From Eubacteriales bacterium (GTDB taxonomy: Bacteria > Bacillota > Clostridia > Lachnospirales > JAITVM01): 64,000 nucleotides of DNA. This document shows, piece after piece, positions 1 to 10,649 of the stretch. Under the pieces are notes generated by a model. It searched no databases. It saw nothing but the letters and a program-made list of their open reading frames with translations, and was not told where the DNA came from. Within the stretch, counting starts at the first letter, position 1, and each line of letters opens with the position of its first letter. The stretch lies in the NCBI GenBank assembly GCA_031551135.1, contig JAVBOA010000006.1, positions 17,502 through 81,501 on the forward strand. The letters run 5' to 3'. Made by a program: the position numbers and the translations under genes.

Positions 1-518
1 AATTTGTAGAGAACGCAGCTTATAGATTAACAGCGCCGGGACTTGGCGCAGAAGTCGGCCCGACTTTGGGTATTACAGCTACATTTATTCAAGGCTTGTT
101 TTTAGCACCGCAAATCGTTGCAGGAGCTTTAAAAGGCGCGATTCTTGCGTCTGCGTTATTCGAAAAACTTGGTTTTTCTGTTTTTCCCGGAAAAAATGAA
201 AAACGCTCGGATATTGTACAAGCCATTCAATTAAATAATGAAAAAAATATTGTAATATTTTGTCAGGCAATTCAAGCTGCGGCGGCGGTCGATAGTTTTG
301 TTGTTCCGTATCCATCAGATATGCCGGGTTATGATTCGAAAGTAATTATGGCGGCGGGCGCATTTGTGCAGGGGTCTTCGATAGAACTTTCTGCGGATGC
401 ACCGATAAAAGAACCGTTTGCCGTTTACTTGCAGGGTGGGTTATCATACACTCATATAAAAACCGGAATTATTTTAGCTATACAAAAGATGTATGAGAAT
501 AAATTAATAAATTTATAA
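1..518 (+). CDS. C-terminal part of a PLP-dependent aluminium-resistance / YnbB-like (methionine gamma-lyase family) protein; 5' end is off-window
   Basis: Frame 3 is open from base 3 (FVENAAYRLTAPGLGAEVGPTLG...) into the listed 66..518 ORF, whose first codon is an internal TTG. The QGLFLAPQIVAGALKGAILASALFEKLGF segment is what I recall for this family. A terminator follows. Confidence 0.6.
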   Translation, partial: FVENAAYRLTAPGLGAEVGPTLGITATFIQGLFLAPQIVAGALKGAILASALFEKLGFSVFPGKNEKRSDIVQAIQLNNEKNIVIFCQAIQAAAAVDSFVVPYPSDMPGYDSKVIMAAGAFVQGSSIELSADAPIKEPFAVYLQGGLSYTHIKTGIILAIQKMYENKLINL

Positions 519-526
519 ATGTTAAA

Positions 527-566
527 AATAAATCTGTAGGAATAAATTTACAGATTTATTTTTTTG
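527..566 (+). terminator. Rho-independent terminator
   Basis: 12-bp stem AATAAATCTGTA (527..538) / TACAGATTTATT (549..560) followed by a T-run, 9 nt after the stop codon. Confidence 0.7.
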
Positions 567-569
567 AGT

Positions 570-605
570 CAAGACTTCGTAAAAGTTACGTTTTACGAAG
601 TCTTG
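570..605. repeat. Perfect 15-bp inverted repeat (hairpin), function unknown
   Basis: CAAGACTTCGTAAAA (570..584), loop GTTACG, TTTTACGAAGTCTTG (591..605). No adjacent U-tract on either strand. Confidence 0.6.
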
Positions 606-757
606 AAAAAATCTATCTCTTATATTTTCGATTTGTTTTCTTGAATTATATAAATATACGTTTATGTGTTTTCTATCCCCACTATTCTGAGTTATATCTA
701 AAAATAAATTTTCCGATATCAAATTGCGCTATAACAAAAAACTCGTTTTGCTATAGC

Positions 758-798
758 AAAAGCCGGAAATTTAAGTTCCAATAAAATTTCCGGCTTTT
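758..798 (-). terminator. Bidirectional-type terminator downstream of the activase-fusion gene
   Basis: Core stem GCCGGAAATT / AATTTCCGGC flanked by AAAA and TTTT, immediately after the stop at 807. Confidence 0.6.
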
Positions 799-806
799 AA
801 AAATTT

Positions 807-3800
807 TTAAAAATCTATTTGTTGTTTATTAAATCTTGCTTTTTTTCGAGATTTTGTTTCAAATAAATCATTATAATCATAATTTCCGCTGTCAAGATTT
901 TTCTGCGCTACAGAAAGCATTAATTTTATGCGGTTTAATTGATTGACCTCCGACGCGCCAGGATCGTAGTCAATTGCAACTATATTTGAAAGCGGATATT
1001 TTGCCTTTAATTGTTTGATTATGCCTTTTCCTGTCACATGATTCGGCAAACAAGCAAACGGCTGGGTACAAACGATATTATTTACCCCCGATTTTATCAG
1101 CTTCACCATCTCGCCCGTCAAAAACCATCCTTCTCCGGTTTGATTTCCAATCGAAACAATCGGCTCTGCCAGCCTTGCAATACTTTTTATAGAAATCGGC
1201 GGATGAAATCTATCGCTCTGCAATAAATGTTCTTTCATCGTTCTTCTATAAAACTCCATTACTTTTATTATACCTTCCGAAAGAAGCATTGAAGATTTAT
1301 TAGACCCCAAATATTTATATTTAAAGGATGTGTTATGAAATCCATATAAAAAGAAATCAATTAAATCCGGTACAATAACTTCAGCGCCCTCTTCTTCTAG
1401 CAATTGCACAATATTATTATTTGCGGTCGGATGATATTTTACCAATATTTCTCCAACAACACCAACTTTTGGTTTTTTTAAATCTTCATTTATCGATATG
1501 GAGTCAAAATCATGGATAATATTAATAATATTATCGTTAAATTCCTTGAAATTGCCGTTTATCAATTGATTTTTAGCGATTTCCCTATATTTATTATATA
1601 ATTTTTCACAAGAGCCTTTTACGGTTTCGTAAGGTCTTGTGCGGTACAAAACCCGTAAAAACAAATCGCCGTATAATAAAGTTTGAATCGATTTATGTGC
1701 CATTCTCAATCCGAATTTAAAACCCGGATTTTTTTCAATACCCGACAAAGAAAGCGAAAGCACTGGGATTTTCTCCAAATTAGCTTTTTTCAAGGCTTTC
1801 CTAATAAAACCTATATAATTCGACGCACGGCAGCCGCCTCCGGTTTGCGAAATCATGACCGCTGTTTTATCAAGGTCGTATTCGCCCGACAATATCGCTT
1901 TCATAATCTGCCCTACGGTTATTATAGCCGGATAACAAGCATCATTATTTACATATTTTAAGCCGACATCTATACAAGATTTATCGTCCGGCGGCAGAAT
2001 CACAACATCATAACCTTCTGATTTAAACGCAACTTCGGCCAAATCAAAATGAATCGGTGACATTTGCGGACAAAGTATTTTATAGGTTTTGCGCATTCCT
2101 TTTGTAAAGACAGCTCTCTTTTCTCTGACTTCTGGTTCGGTAATATTTATTTTATTTTTATCGCGTGCTTTAATTGCCGCTAAAAGTGAACGTATACGGA
2201 TTCTCGCCGCTCCTAGATTATTAATTTCATCGATTTTCAATAAAGTATAAATTTTTCCGACTCCGCGAATAATTTCTTCAACCTCGTCTGTCGTTACTGC
2301 ATCAAGTCCACAGCCAAAAGAATTTAACTGTATTAAATCAATATTGTTTTTATATATAACAAAAGAAGCGGCGGCATATAATCTGGAATGGTACGACCAT
2401 TGGTCACGAACCCCAAGCGGACGGCTTACTTTTGATTCCCCTAAATGCGAAATGCTGTCTTCTGTAAAAACAGCGAAATTATAAGAATTTATTAATTCCG
2501 GAATACCATGATTTATTTCTGGGTCCAGATGATACGGTCTGCCGGCAAGAACAATTCCTTTTAAATTATTTTTTTCGATATAATCCAAAGTTTCCTGACC
2601 TTTTCTCCGTATGTCAGCTTTAAAATTTATGTCTTCTATGTAAGCCAAAGTAATTGCTTCAGTAATCTCATCTTTGCCGATAAAAGGAAAAACCTCCGAC
2701 AAAGTTTGTATTACGGATTTTTTATCATCTAAATTAATAAACGGATTTTTAAAAGTTACATTTTTAGATTTTAAAAGCTCTAAATTATTTTTAATATTTT
2801 CGGGATACGAAGTTACAATCGGGCAATTATAATTAAAATCGGCTTTCTTTATTTCTTTCTTTTCATAAACGACCGAAGGGTAAAAAATAAATTTAATGCC
2901 CTGCTCCACTAAATGAGTAATATGCCCATGCGATAATTTTGCCGGATAGCAAACCGACTCACTTGGCATTGACTCAATTCCTTTTTCATAAACCGAGCGG
3001 TTCGACGGCGGAGACAAAACAACTCTATATCCTAGATGAGTGAAAAACGTATGCCAAAACGGATAATTCTCATATATATTAAGTACTCTTGGAATCCCCA
3101 CAATACCACGTTTTGCGGCGGATTCATGCAAAGGTTTATAATCAAATAAACGTTTATATTTATATTCGAATAAATTCGGCAATTTATTTTTTTCATTTTT
3201 ATCCGCAAGATTCTTTATTCCGTTATCACAGCGGTTTCCCGAAATAAATCTTTTATTATTAGAAAAAATATTAACCGTCAAAGTGCAATGATTTTCGCAG
3301 GAATTACATTTAGCGGTTTTTGTATTGATTTTGAAATTATCCAAAGCTTCGGAATTTGCGATTGTTGAAACATAGCCTTCCGAATAATTTTCTTTTGCGA
3401 TTAATGCCGCTCCGAATGCGCCCATTATTCCGGCAATATCCGGCCGTATGACTTCCCTTTCGCTGATAATTTCAAAGCATCTTAAAACAGCATTATTATA
3501 AAAAGTTCCGCCTTGAACAACGATTTTTTTCCCTAATTCTTTCGGAGAAGTAACTTTTATTACTTTCAATAAGGCGTTTTTGATTACAGAATACGCCAAA
3601 CCGGCGGAAATGTCCGAAACTTCTGCGCCCTCTTTCTGGGCTTGCTTAACCCGCGAATTCATAAAAACCGTACATCTTGAACCTAAGTCGATAGGTTTTT
3701 TTGATTCAAGCGCAATTGCGGCGAAATCTTTTGCCGAATAGCCTATCGCCGAAGCGAAGGTTTCGATAAACGAGCCGCAGCCGGCCGAACAAGCTTCGTT

Positions 3801-5126
3801 CAATAAAATATTATTTATTACATTATCTTTAATTCGGATACATTTCATATCCTGCCCGCCGATATCCAGAATAAAATCTACATCCGGCTCAAAAAAAGCG
3901 GCGGCTTTATAATGCGCAACAGTTTCCACTTCTCCGCTGTCGATATCGAAAGCTTCTTTCAAAATCGCTTCACCGTAGCCGGTCACGCAGGAATTCGCTA
4001 TATTAATGCCCTTAGGCAATATTTTATAAATCTCTTTCAAAGTCTCGGATACAACTTTTAGGGGATTGCCTTGATTATTAGTATAATGAGAAAATAAAAT
4101 CTCCCCTTTTTCCGAAATCAAAGCAATTTTTGTAGTGGTACTCCCCGCATCTATACCAAGAAAAGCATTGCCGGAATATTCATTTAAATTCATTTTTTGA
4201 ATATTATTTTTCGAATGACGCTCTATAAATTCATTATATTCATCAGCGTCTTTAAAAAGCGGCTCAAGTCTTGCAATTTCGTGGGATATAATTTTATTGC
4301 TTTCCAAATTATTCAGCAAATCGGAAAATTTAAATTCCTGATTTTGTTTTATAGAATAAGCCGAACCAAGAGCAGCATATAAATGCGAATTTTCCGGAAT
4401 CAGAATTTCATTTTGTTTTAGACCAAGTACATCTATAAAACGGTTTCGCAGTTCAGATAAAAAGTGCAAAGGTCCGCCCAAAAAAGCGACATTTCCTTTA
4501 ATCGGCATACCGCACGCCAATCCGCTTATTGTCTGCGATACTACAGCCTGAAAAATCGAAACAGCTAAATCCGGTTTTGATGCGCCTTCATTTATAAGCG
4601 GTTGAATATCTGATTTTGCGAAAACTCCGCATCTTGCGGCAATAGGATAAATTGTTTTATATTCTTTGGCTAAATTATTAAGCCCTTCCGCATCGGTTTG
4701 TATTAAAGAAGCCATTTGGTCAATAAACGCGCCTGTTCCGCCGGCGCAAATACCGTTCATTCTCTGCTCAACGCCGTTATTAAAATACATAATTTTAGCG
4801 TCTTCTCCGCCTATTTCGATAGCCACGTTACAAGTGGGAAATTCTTTTTCGATTGCCGTCGAAACCGCAATAACCTCCTGTACAAAAGGAATTCCAAGCC
4901 AAGCGGAAATATTAAGTCCGCCGGAGCCGGTTATCATAGCCGAAAAAGATATGTCACCCAAATTTTGCTGTGCATCTAAAAAAATATTTTTGATAGCGAG
5001 CTGAATATCCGAAAAATGCCTTTGATATTTAGAAAAAACTATTTTGTTATTTTCATCTAATACAACTAATTTTACGGTAGTAGAGCCAATGTCCAAACCT
5101 AGTTTAAAAGAATTTATTTTAACCAC
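807..5126 (-). CDS. Fused acyl-CoA dehydratase activase-related protein (two BcrA/BadF/HgdC-type ATPase domains + two dehydratase-subunit-like DUF2229-type domains), 1439 aa
   Basis: Two actin-fold ATPase starts ([15 protein letters not shown]; [16 protein letters not shown]). Cluster-ligand-like motifs [11 protein letters not shown] and [11 protein letters not shown]. Cys-rich linker [12 protein letters not shown]...GNRCDNG. Long C-terminal region typical of this large clostridial fusion. GTG start. Confidence 0.8.
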   Translation of the reverse strand: MVKINSFKLGLDIGSTTVKLVVLDENNKIVFSKYQRHFSDIQLAIKNIFLDAQQNLGDISFSAMITGSGGLNISAWLGIPFVQEVIAVSTAIEKEFPTCNVAIEIGGEDAKIMYFNNGVEQRMNGICAGGTGAFIDQMASLIQTDAEGLNNLAKEYKTIYPIAARCGVFAKSDIQPLINEGASKPDLAVSIFQAVVSQTISGLACGMPIKGNVAFLGGPLHFLSELRNRFIDVLGLKQNEILIPENSHLYAALGSAYSIKQNQEFKFSDLLNNLESNKIISHEIARLEPLFKDADEYNEFIERHSKNNIQKMNLNEYSGNAFLGIDAGSTTTKIALISEKGEILFSHYTNNQGNPLKVVSETLKEIYKILPKGINIANSCVTGYGEAILKEAFDIDSGEVETVAHYKAAAFFEPDVDFILDIGGQDMKCIRIKDNVINNILLNEACSAGCGSFIETFASAIGYSAKDFAAIALESKKPIDLGSRCTVFMNSRVKQAQKEGAEVSDISAGLAYSVIKNALLKVIKVTSPKELGKKIVVQGGTFYNNAVLRCFEIISEREVIRPDIAGIMGAFGAALIAKENYSEGYVSTIANSEALDNFKINTKTAKCNSCENHCTLTVNIFSNNKRFISGNRCDNGIKNLADKNEKNKLPNLFEYKYKRLFDYKPLHESAAKRGIVGIPRVLNIYENYPFWHTFFTHLGYRVVLSPPSNRSVYEKGIESMPSESVCYPAKLSHGHITHLVEQGIKFIFYPSVVYEKKEIKKADFNYNCPIVTSYPENIKNNLELLKSKNVTFKNPFINLDDKKSVIQTLSEVFPFIGKDEITEAITLAYIEDINFKADIRRKGQETLDYIEKNNLKGIVLAGRPYHLDPEINHGIPELINSYNFAVFTEDSISHLGESKVSRPLGVRDQWSYHSRLYAAASFVIYKNNIDLIQLNSFGCGLDAVTTDEVEEIIRGVGKIYTLLKIDEINNLGAARIRIRSLLAAIKARDKNKINITEPEVREKRAVFTKGMRKTYKILCPQMSPIHFDLAEVAFKSEGYDVVILPPDDKSCIDVGLKYVNNDACYPAIITVGQIMKAILSGEYDLDKTAVMISQTGGGCRASNYIGFIRKALKKANLEKIPVLSLSLSGIEKNPGFKFGLRMAHKSIQTLLYGDLFLRVLYRTRPYETVKGSCEKLYNKYREIAKNQLINGNFKEFNDNIINIIHDFDSISINEDLKKPKVGVVGEILVKYHPTANNNIVQLLEEEGAEVIVPDLIDFFLYGFHNTSFKYKYLGSNKSSMLLSEGIIKVMEFYRRTMKEHLLQSDRFHPPISIKSIARLAEPIVSIGNQTGEGWFLTGEMVKLIKSGVNNIVCTQPFACLPNHVTGKGIIKQLKAKYPLSNIVAIDYDPGASEVNQLNRIKLMLSVAQKNLDSGNYDYNDLFETKSRKKARFNKQQIDF

Positions 5127-5157
5127 ACCCTCTATAAAGCTGTTTAAATTATCAAAA

Positions 5158-5171
5158 TGAAAATAGTATTA
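5158..5171. repeat. Solo terminal repeat (TGAAAATAGTATTA) of the family-1 palindromic element, overlapping the polC stop codon
   Basis: 14-nt identity to the right terminal inverted repeat of the full copies at 23268, 28880 and 49312. No partner arm nearby. Confidence 0.4.
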
Positions 5172-8100
5172 AAAGAAAGATAATTGATCTGTGTCGGGAA
5201 TCCCTTTCAAAATCTCCAGCTTTTTCAATAATTGAATAACTGTTTTTGTTGTCTTTGTTCTCTCTCTAAATTCTTCAATTGTAAAAAACTCTCCGTCTTT
5301 GCGCGCCTCCAAAATTGCGAAAGCCGCGTTTGAGCCAAGCCCCTGTATTGAACAAAGCGGCGGTAAAAGTCCGTTTTCCGTGACAATAAATTTCTTTGCG
5401 TCTGATTTATATAAATCCAGCGGCAAAAATTTCAAATTGCGTTTATACATTTCATATACCAGTTCCAAAATTGTCAGTGTTCCTTTTTCTTTGGCAGAAA
5501 TATCTTTTCCCATACTGTTCAATCTCTCAATTTCTCCAAAGACTTTATCGGCCCCCTGACACATTAATTCATAATCAAAATCTTCCGCCTTTACCGAAAA
5601 ACTGGCACCATAAAAACTATATGGATAATATATTTTAAAATATCCTATGCGGACCGTCATCATAACATACGCAACGGCGTGGCCTTTCGGGAACATATAT
5701 TTGATTCTTCTGCAAGATTCAATATACCAATCGGGAACTTTAGCCGCTTTCATAGTTTCGGACTCAGAATCGGTAAGCCCCTTGCCTTTTCTGACATTTT
5801 CCATTATTTTAAAGGCGGCTTTTTTTTCAACACCTTTATTTATCAAATAAACCATAATATCATCACGTGTCGGAATTACTTCTTTTAATGTAGCAACGCC
5901 GTCATGAATCAAATCCTGTGCATTATTAAACCAAACGTCCGTACCGTGAGAAAGTCCGGAAATCCGAACTAATTCCGCAAAAGATGAAGGCTCTGTATCC
6001 AAAAGCATTTGCCGCACAAAAGTTGTTCCGAATTCGGGAAGTCCCAAAGAACCGGTTTTACAGCCAAGCTCGTCGAGTGTAATACCAAGCGCCTTTGGCG
6101 AAGTGAATAAAGATATTACTTTTTCATCGCCCAAATCAACAGCGGTTGGGTCGATTCCCGTATTATCCTGCAAATAGCGAATTATTGTCGGAACATCATG
6201 ACCGAGAATATCTAATTTGAGCAAACGTCCGCTAATTGAATGATAATCAAAATGAGTCGTAATTACATTCGATTTTACGTCATTAGCCGGTCTTTGAATC
6301 GGACAAAATTCATAAATGCTATGGTCATTCGGTACAATCATCAGTCCGCCCGGATGCTGGCCTGTAGTTCTTTTAATGCCTGTACAGCCGTTTCGCAAAC
6401 GGTTTATTTCTGCACCTCTTGCGTTAATTCCTTTTTCCTCGAAATATTTTTTAACAAATCCGAATGCGGTTTTATCGGCAATAGTTCCGATAGTTCCCGC
6501 TTTAAAAACAAAACCCGTACCAAACAGCTCCTCTGTATAAGCGTGAGCTTTTGCCTGATATTCACCCGAAAAATTCAAGTCGATATCAGGTTCTTTATCG
6601 CCGTCAAAACCCAAAAAAGTCTCGAAAGGAATATCATGCCCGTCTTTTTTCAGCAGAGTTCCGCAAACAGGGCAATGCATATCGGGCATATCGCATCCCG
6701 AACCGCCCAGAAATTGCTTTACCGTGTCCGAATCAAAATCCGAATATTTGCATTCCGAACAGTAATAATGCGGCTGTAACGGATTCACTTCCGTAATACT
6801 CAGCATTGTTGCAACAAACGACGAACCGACAGAACCACGCGAACCAACAAGATAACCATCCTCCAGCGATTTCCAAACCAGTTTTTGAGCGATTATATAC
6901 ATTACAGAAAATCCATTTTTTATTATAGAATTAAGCTCTTTTTGAAGCCTCTCTTCTACAATCTCCGGCAAATTATCGCCGTAAATAGATTTCGCTCGCT
7001 CAAGCGAGATTTTTTTAATTTCATCTTCTGCACCGTCAATTTTCGGCGGAAAAGTCTCGTCAGGGATTGGTTTTATAATTTCTATCATATCCGCTATTTT
7101 ATTGGGATTTGAAACAATTATTTCATGTGCTTTTTCACGGCTTAAATAATTAAATTCCTTAAACATTTCCTCTGTATTCCGAAAATACAAAGGCGCTTGA
7201 ATATCCGAATCTTTAAAGCCTTCTGCAAACATAATAATTTTACGGTAAACATCATCATCAGGTTCTAAAAAATGAACATCGCAAGTAGCTACAACAGGCT
7301 TTTTATATTTTTCGCCGAGTTCAATTATTTCCTTATTCAAATCAATAAGCGCCTGAATATTCGGAACTTTGCCGTCTCTGAACAAAAATAAATTATTATC
7401 GATTGGCTGAACTTCGAGATAATCATAAAACTCAACCAGAGATTTTATATATTCATCAGCTTTTTTTTCGAATACAGCTTGAAAAATTTCTCCGGCTTCG
7501 CACGCGCTTCCCAAAATCAAGCCTTCTTTTTGCTTAATTAATTCTGATTTCGGAATCCGCGGTCGGCGGTAAAAATATTCCAAATGAGATTTCGAAATAA
7601 GCTCATATAAATTTCTTAGCCCAACATAATTTTTGACAAGAATTATTGCGTGATAAGTCTTTAATTTTTTCTTGTCTATTTTATCAGAGGCAAAAATATT
7701 AATCTCGTCAAGAGTTTTGATATTATTCTGAATCAGCATGTCAATGAATTTTATAAATATTTCCGCTGTCGCCTTAGCGTCGTCAGAAGCTCTATGATGA
7801 TTTTCCAAAGAAATTTCCAAATGTTCGGCAACTATATTTAATTTATGTTTGGATAATTCGGGCAATAAAAGCCTTGCAAGACCGAGAGTGTCCAAAACGG
7901 TATTATCGATTTCGATACCCAAATTATTTGCCGCAATACGAATAAATCCTGTATCGAAGCTTGCGTTATGCGCAACCAAAACCGAATCCTTTGCAAAATC
8001 CAAGAATTCTCCAAGTGCCTCTTCTATTTCAGGCGCGCCAATCAGCATATCATCAGTAATTTTCGTTAATTCAATAATTTTTTCAGGTAGTTTCATATGC

Positions 8101-9500
8101 GGATTAACAAAAATATTAAACTCATCTAATATCTTTCCGTCTTTTAATTTTACTGCGCCGATCTCGATTATACGGTCGGATGTAGCCGAAAGCCCCGTTG
8201 TTTCGATATCAAAAACGACATACTCGCTGTCAAAGCCTTGTGATTTAGGAAATTCAACAATCGCTCCCAAATCATCAACAATATAAGCCTCTACCCCATA
8301 AATAATTTTTATTTTATCTTTATTTTTATTCCAAACCTCCATAGCTTCCGGAAAAGCCTGAACAACGCCGTGGTCAGTTATTGCAACGGCTTTGTGTCCC
8401 CAGTAAATTGCACGTTCTATTAAAGATTTCGCAGAGCTTATTCCGTCCATCGAGCTCATCTGCGTATGTAAATGCAATTCTACCCTTTTTTCCTCCGCAT
8501 TGTCATTTCTGACTTTAGGCTTTTCATAAGGTCCGATTTCTTTCGCCATAATATTTACTTCACGAGAGAACTCGTCATCATTTACAGTGCCTTTGACAAT
8601 AATATAATTTCCGTTCTTTAATAATGATTTAAAATTGTTATCAAAATTATCGGGTTTTATAAAAAACTTAATGGTTACAGAATTATATTTATCTGTAACA
8701 CAAAATGAAATTAAATATTTACCTGATTTTGTTTCACGCAAATCAAATTCAAATATTTCGCCCTTAATAACCATCTCGTTGCCGATTCGCAAACTCTCCG
8801 AAAGTTTTGTTGTTTGGCAGACTTCGGCCAAGTTCGGGACAAATTTAATATTTGTACGCCTTTGAAAACGTTCATTCTTGTCTATATACGAATTATTTGC
8901 TGTTCCGGTTTTCGAATCCTCGTTTCTTTTTATTTCTACAGCGGCTTCAAATTTAGTCAATTTTGTTTCATTTTCAATCAGGCGTTTCCTTTCGATTTCC
9001 TTATCTTCTTCCGATAAAGGCATTTCTTTAAATTCAATTACAAAATCGAGATTCAGCACTTTTTTTAAATAAGATATAATCAATTTGTCAATAGCTCGTT
9101 TATATAGCATATATGATGAATTATTTTTGCAGTTCAGAATAATTTTTCTATCATCTATACTAAAATCCGAATCTTCAATGAATTTTGCGCAAACGGGAGA
9201 TTTCTGTTTAACCAGAAAAAAAATATTTTCCCAAATATTATCTATGCTATCTTTTGGAGGTAGCTCGAAATCAAAAAAAACATTAACGTCGACCGATGAA
9301 AGATAAGGCAAATCCGCCTTTATTTCCTCTGACAGAGAAGAAAGCATTTTTTGATGTATAAATTTTTGGGAAGATATATCAATATTAATTATTTTATTTT
9401 TTTCGTCCAAAGAAATATTCTCAATTTCACATTCGCCAAATACATTTACAATATTTTTTGAGAGATTAAGTTTTTCAAAGGCTGTTCGGAAAGATTTCAC
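5169..9500 (-). CDS. polC: DNA polymerase III alpha subunit, Gram-positive PolC type
   Basis: 1443 aa. PHP motif ELHLHTQMSSMDG. Inserted DEDDh exonuclease (VVFDIETTGLS ... AHNASFD ... HRASDDA). Zinc-finger region CSECKYSD...CPVCG. GTG start with AGGTGA RBS. Confidence 0.97.
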   Translation of the reverse strand: MKSFRTAFEKLNLSKNIVNVFGECEIENISLDEKNKIINIDISSQKFIHQKMLSSLSEEIKADLPYLSSVDVNVFFDFELPPKDSIDNIWENIFFLVKQKSPVCAKFIEDSDFSIDDRKIILNCKNNSSYMLYKRAIDKLIISYLKKVLNLDFVIEFKEMPLSEEDKEIERKRLIENETKLTKFEAAVEIKRNEDSKTGTANNSYIDKNERFQRRTNIKFVPNLAEVCQTTKLSESLRIGNEMVIKGEIFEFDLRETKSGKYLISFCVTDKYNSVTIKFFIKPDNFDNNFKSLLKNGNYIIVKGTVNDDEFSREVNIMAKEIGPYEKPKVRNDNAEEKRVELHLHTQMSSMDGISSAKSLIERAIYWGHKAVAITDHGVVQAFPEAMEVWNKNKDKIKIIYGVEAYIVDDLGAIVEFPKSQGFDSEYVVFDIETTGLSATSDRIIEIGAVKLKDGKILDEFNIFVNPHMKLPEKIIELTKITDDMLIGAPEIEEALGEFLDFAKDSVLVAHNASFDTGFIRIAANNLGIEIDNTVLDTLGLARLLLPELSKHKLNIVAEHLEISLENHHRASDDAKATAEIFIKFIDMLIQNNIKTLDEINIFASDKIDKKKLKTYHAIILVKNYVGLRNLYELISKSHLEYFYRRPRIPKSELIKQKEGLILGSACEAGEIFQAVFEKKADEYIKSLVEFYDYLEVQPIDNNLFLFRDGKVPNIQALIDLNKEIIELGEKYKKPVVATCDVHFLEPDDDVYRKIIMFAEGFKDSDIQAPLYFRNTEEMFKEFNYLSREKAHEIIVSNPNKIADMIEIIKPIPDETFPPKIDGAEDEIKKISLERAKSIYGDNLPEIVEERLQKELNSIIKNGFSVMYIIAQKLVWKSLEDGYLVGSRGSVGSSFVATMLSITEVNPLQPHYYCSECKYSDFDSDTVKQFLGGSGCDMPDMHCPVCGTLLKKDGHDIPFETFLGFDGDKEPDIDLNFSGEYQAKAHAYTEELFGTGFVFKAGTIGTIADKTAFGFVKKYFEEKGINARGAEINRLRNGCTGIKRTTGQHPGGLMIVPNDHSIYEFCPIQRPANDVKSNVITTHFDYHSISGRLLKLDILGHDVPTIIRYLQDNTGIDPTAVDLGDEKVISLFTSPKALGITLDELGCKTGSLGLPEFGTTFVRQMLLDTEPSSFAELVRISGLSHGTDVWFNNAQDLIHDGVATLKEVIPTRDDIMVYLINKGVEKKAAFKIMENVRKGKGLTDSESETMKAAKVPDWYIESCRRIKYMFPKGHAVAYVMMTVRIGYFKIYYPYSFYGASFSVKAEDFDYELMCQGADKVFGEIERLNSMGKDISAKEKGTLTILELVYEMYKRNLKFLPLDLYKSDAKKFIVTENGLLPPLCSIQGLGSNAAFAILEARKDGEFFTIEEFRERTKTTKTVIQLLKKLEILKGIPDTDQLSFF

Positions 9501-9508
9501 AAAATCAC

Positions 9509-10564
9509 CTAAATTTTATCTATTTCAGCAATTAAAGCATCTATTAATTCTTCTTCGTTTACTTTTTTTATAACTTCGCCTTTTTTTATAATAAGACCTA
9601 CGCCTTTTCCGCCGGCAATAGCCAAATCGGCTTCTTTTGCTTCGCCCGGGCCATTTACAACACAGCCCATAATCGCCACTTTTAATTCTTTTTTGATATT
9701 TCGGCAACGGTATTCAACTTCATTTGCAAGTTTTATCAAATCAATTTCGGTACGTCCGCAAGTCGGACAAGAAATAAATTCTATTCCGAATTTTCTTAAA
9801 TTCATCGATTTTAAAATTTCTTTTGCACATTTAATTTCCTGAACAGGGTCTGAGGTCAAAGAGACTCTTATTGTATCTCCGATTCCGCGCGATAAAATCG
9901 AGCCGATTCCGACCGCTGATTTAATAGAGCCTGTATATTCCGTTCCAGATTCGGTTATTCCGACATGCAAGGGATAAGAGGTCAGATTGCTGATAATTTC
10001 ATAAGCTTCTATAGAAAACATCACGCTGGAAGCTTTTAAGCTAACAACAATATTATCAAAATCAAGTGATTCTAAAATTTCAACATTGCGCATTGCACTT
10101 TCTACTAAACCGATCGGTGTAACGCCGTTGTATTTTTGGATAATGTCTTTTTCCAGAGAGCCGGAATTTACGCCGATTCTAATAGGAACAGAATATTCTT
10201 TAGCTTTTGCCACTACTTTCTTTACACGTTCTATATCGCCGATATTTCCGGGATTTATTCGAATTTTATCCGCACCGTTTTCTATAGCCTCGATTGCCAG
10301 CCTATAATCAAAATGTATGTCCGCAACTATCGGAATATTTGTAGATTTTTTTATTTCTTTTAGAGATTTAGCGGCTTCAGAATCTTTTATTGCAAGACGG
10401 GTAATTTCGCATCCCGCCTCTTCCAGTTTTTTTATTTGTGAAACGGTAGATTGCACATCTCTTGTATCCGTGTTATTCATAGACTGAATACTAATAAGGC
10501 TGTCACCGCCTATATAAACGCCGCCAACAGCTATTTTCTTCGTTATCTTACGGTTATAAAACAA
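9509..10564 (-). CDS. ispG: 4-hydroxy-3-methylbut-2-enyl diphosphate synthase (flavodoxin)
   Basis: 351 aa GcpE-family sequence (SMNNTDTRDV, RINPGNIG, FISCPTCGRT ... AIMGCVVNGPGEA). TTG start after GAAGGTGA. Confidence 0.95.
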   Translation of the reverse strand: MFYNRKITKKIAVGGVYIGGDSLISIQSMNNTDTRDVQSTVSQIKKLEEAGCEITRLAIKDSEAAKSLKEIKKSTNIPIVADIHFDYRLAIEAIENGADKIRINPGNIGDIERVKKVVAKAKEYSVPIRIGVNSGSLEKDIIQKYNGVTPIGLVESAMRNVEILESLDFDNIVVSLKASSVMFSIEAYEIISNLTSYPLHVGITESGTEYTGSIKSAVGIGSILSRGIGDTIRVSLTSDPVQEIKCAKEILKSMNLRKFGIEFISCPTCGRTEIDLIKLANEVEYRCRNIKKELKVAIMGCVVNGPGEAKEADLAIAGGKGVGLIIKKGEVIKKVNEEELIDALIAEIDKI

Positions 10565-10649
10565 AATATCACCTTCTTAATATTATAAAAAAACTGATAA
10601 ATATTTTTTTGGGAATGGCATAAACCATTCCCGAAAAATTTTTCTTATA

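Noticed and set aside
522-722. 66-aa ORF on the minus strand
   Set aside because: It spans three hairpin/terminator structures in an intergenic region. It has no RBS and a low-complexity translation.
6240-6779. 179-aa plus-strand ORF inside polC (similar cases at 7849..8286, 18252..18689, 39219..39662 and 48261..48605)
   Set aside because: All are antisense shadows of long, well-supported minus-strand genes. They have no RBS and no recognisable motifs.
10598-10632. Hairpin GGGAATGG-CATAAA-CCATTCCC as terminator of the PRPP-synthetase-like gene
   Set aside because: The stem is good, but on the minus-strand transcript it is followed by an A-run rather than a U-run. The terminator call is too ambiguous to list.
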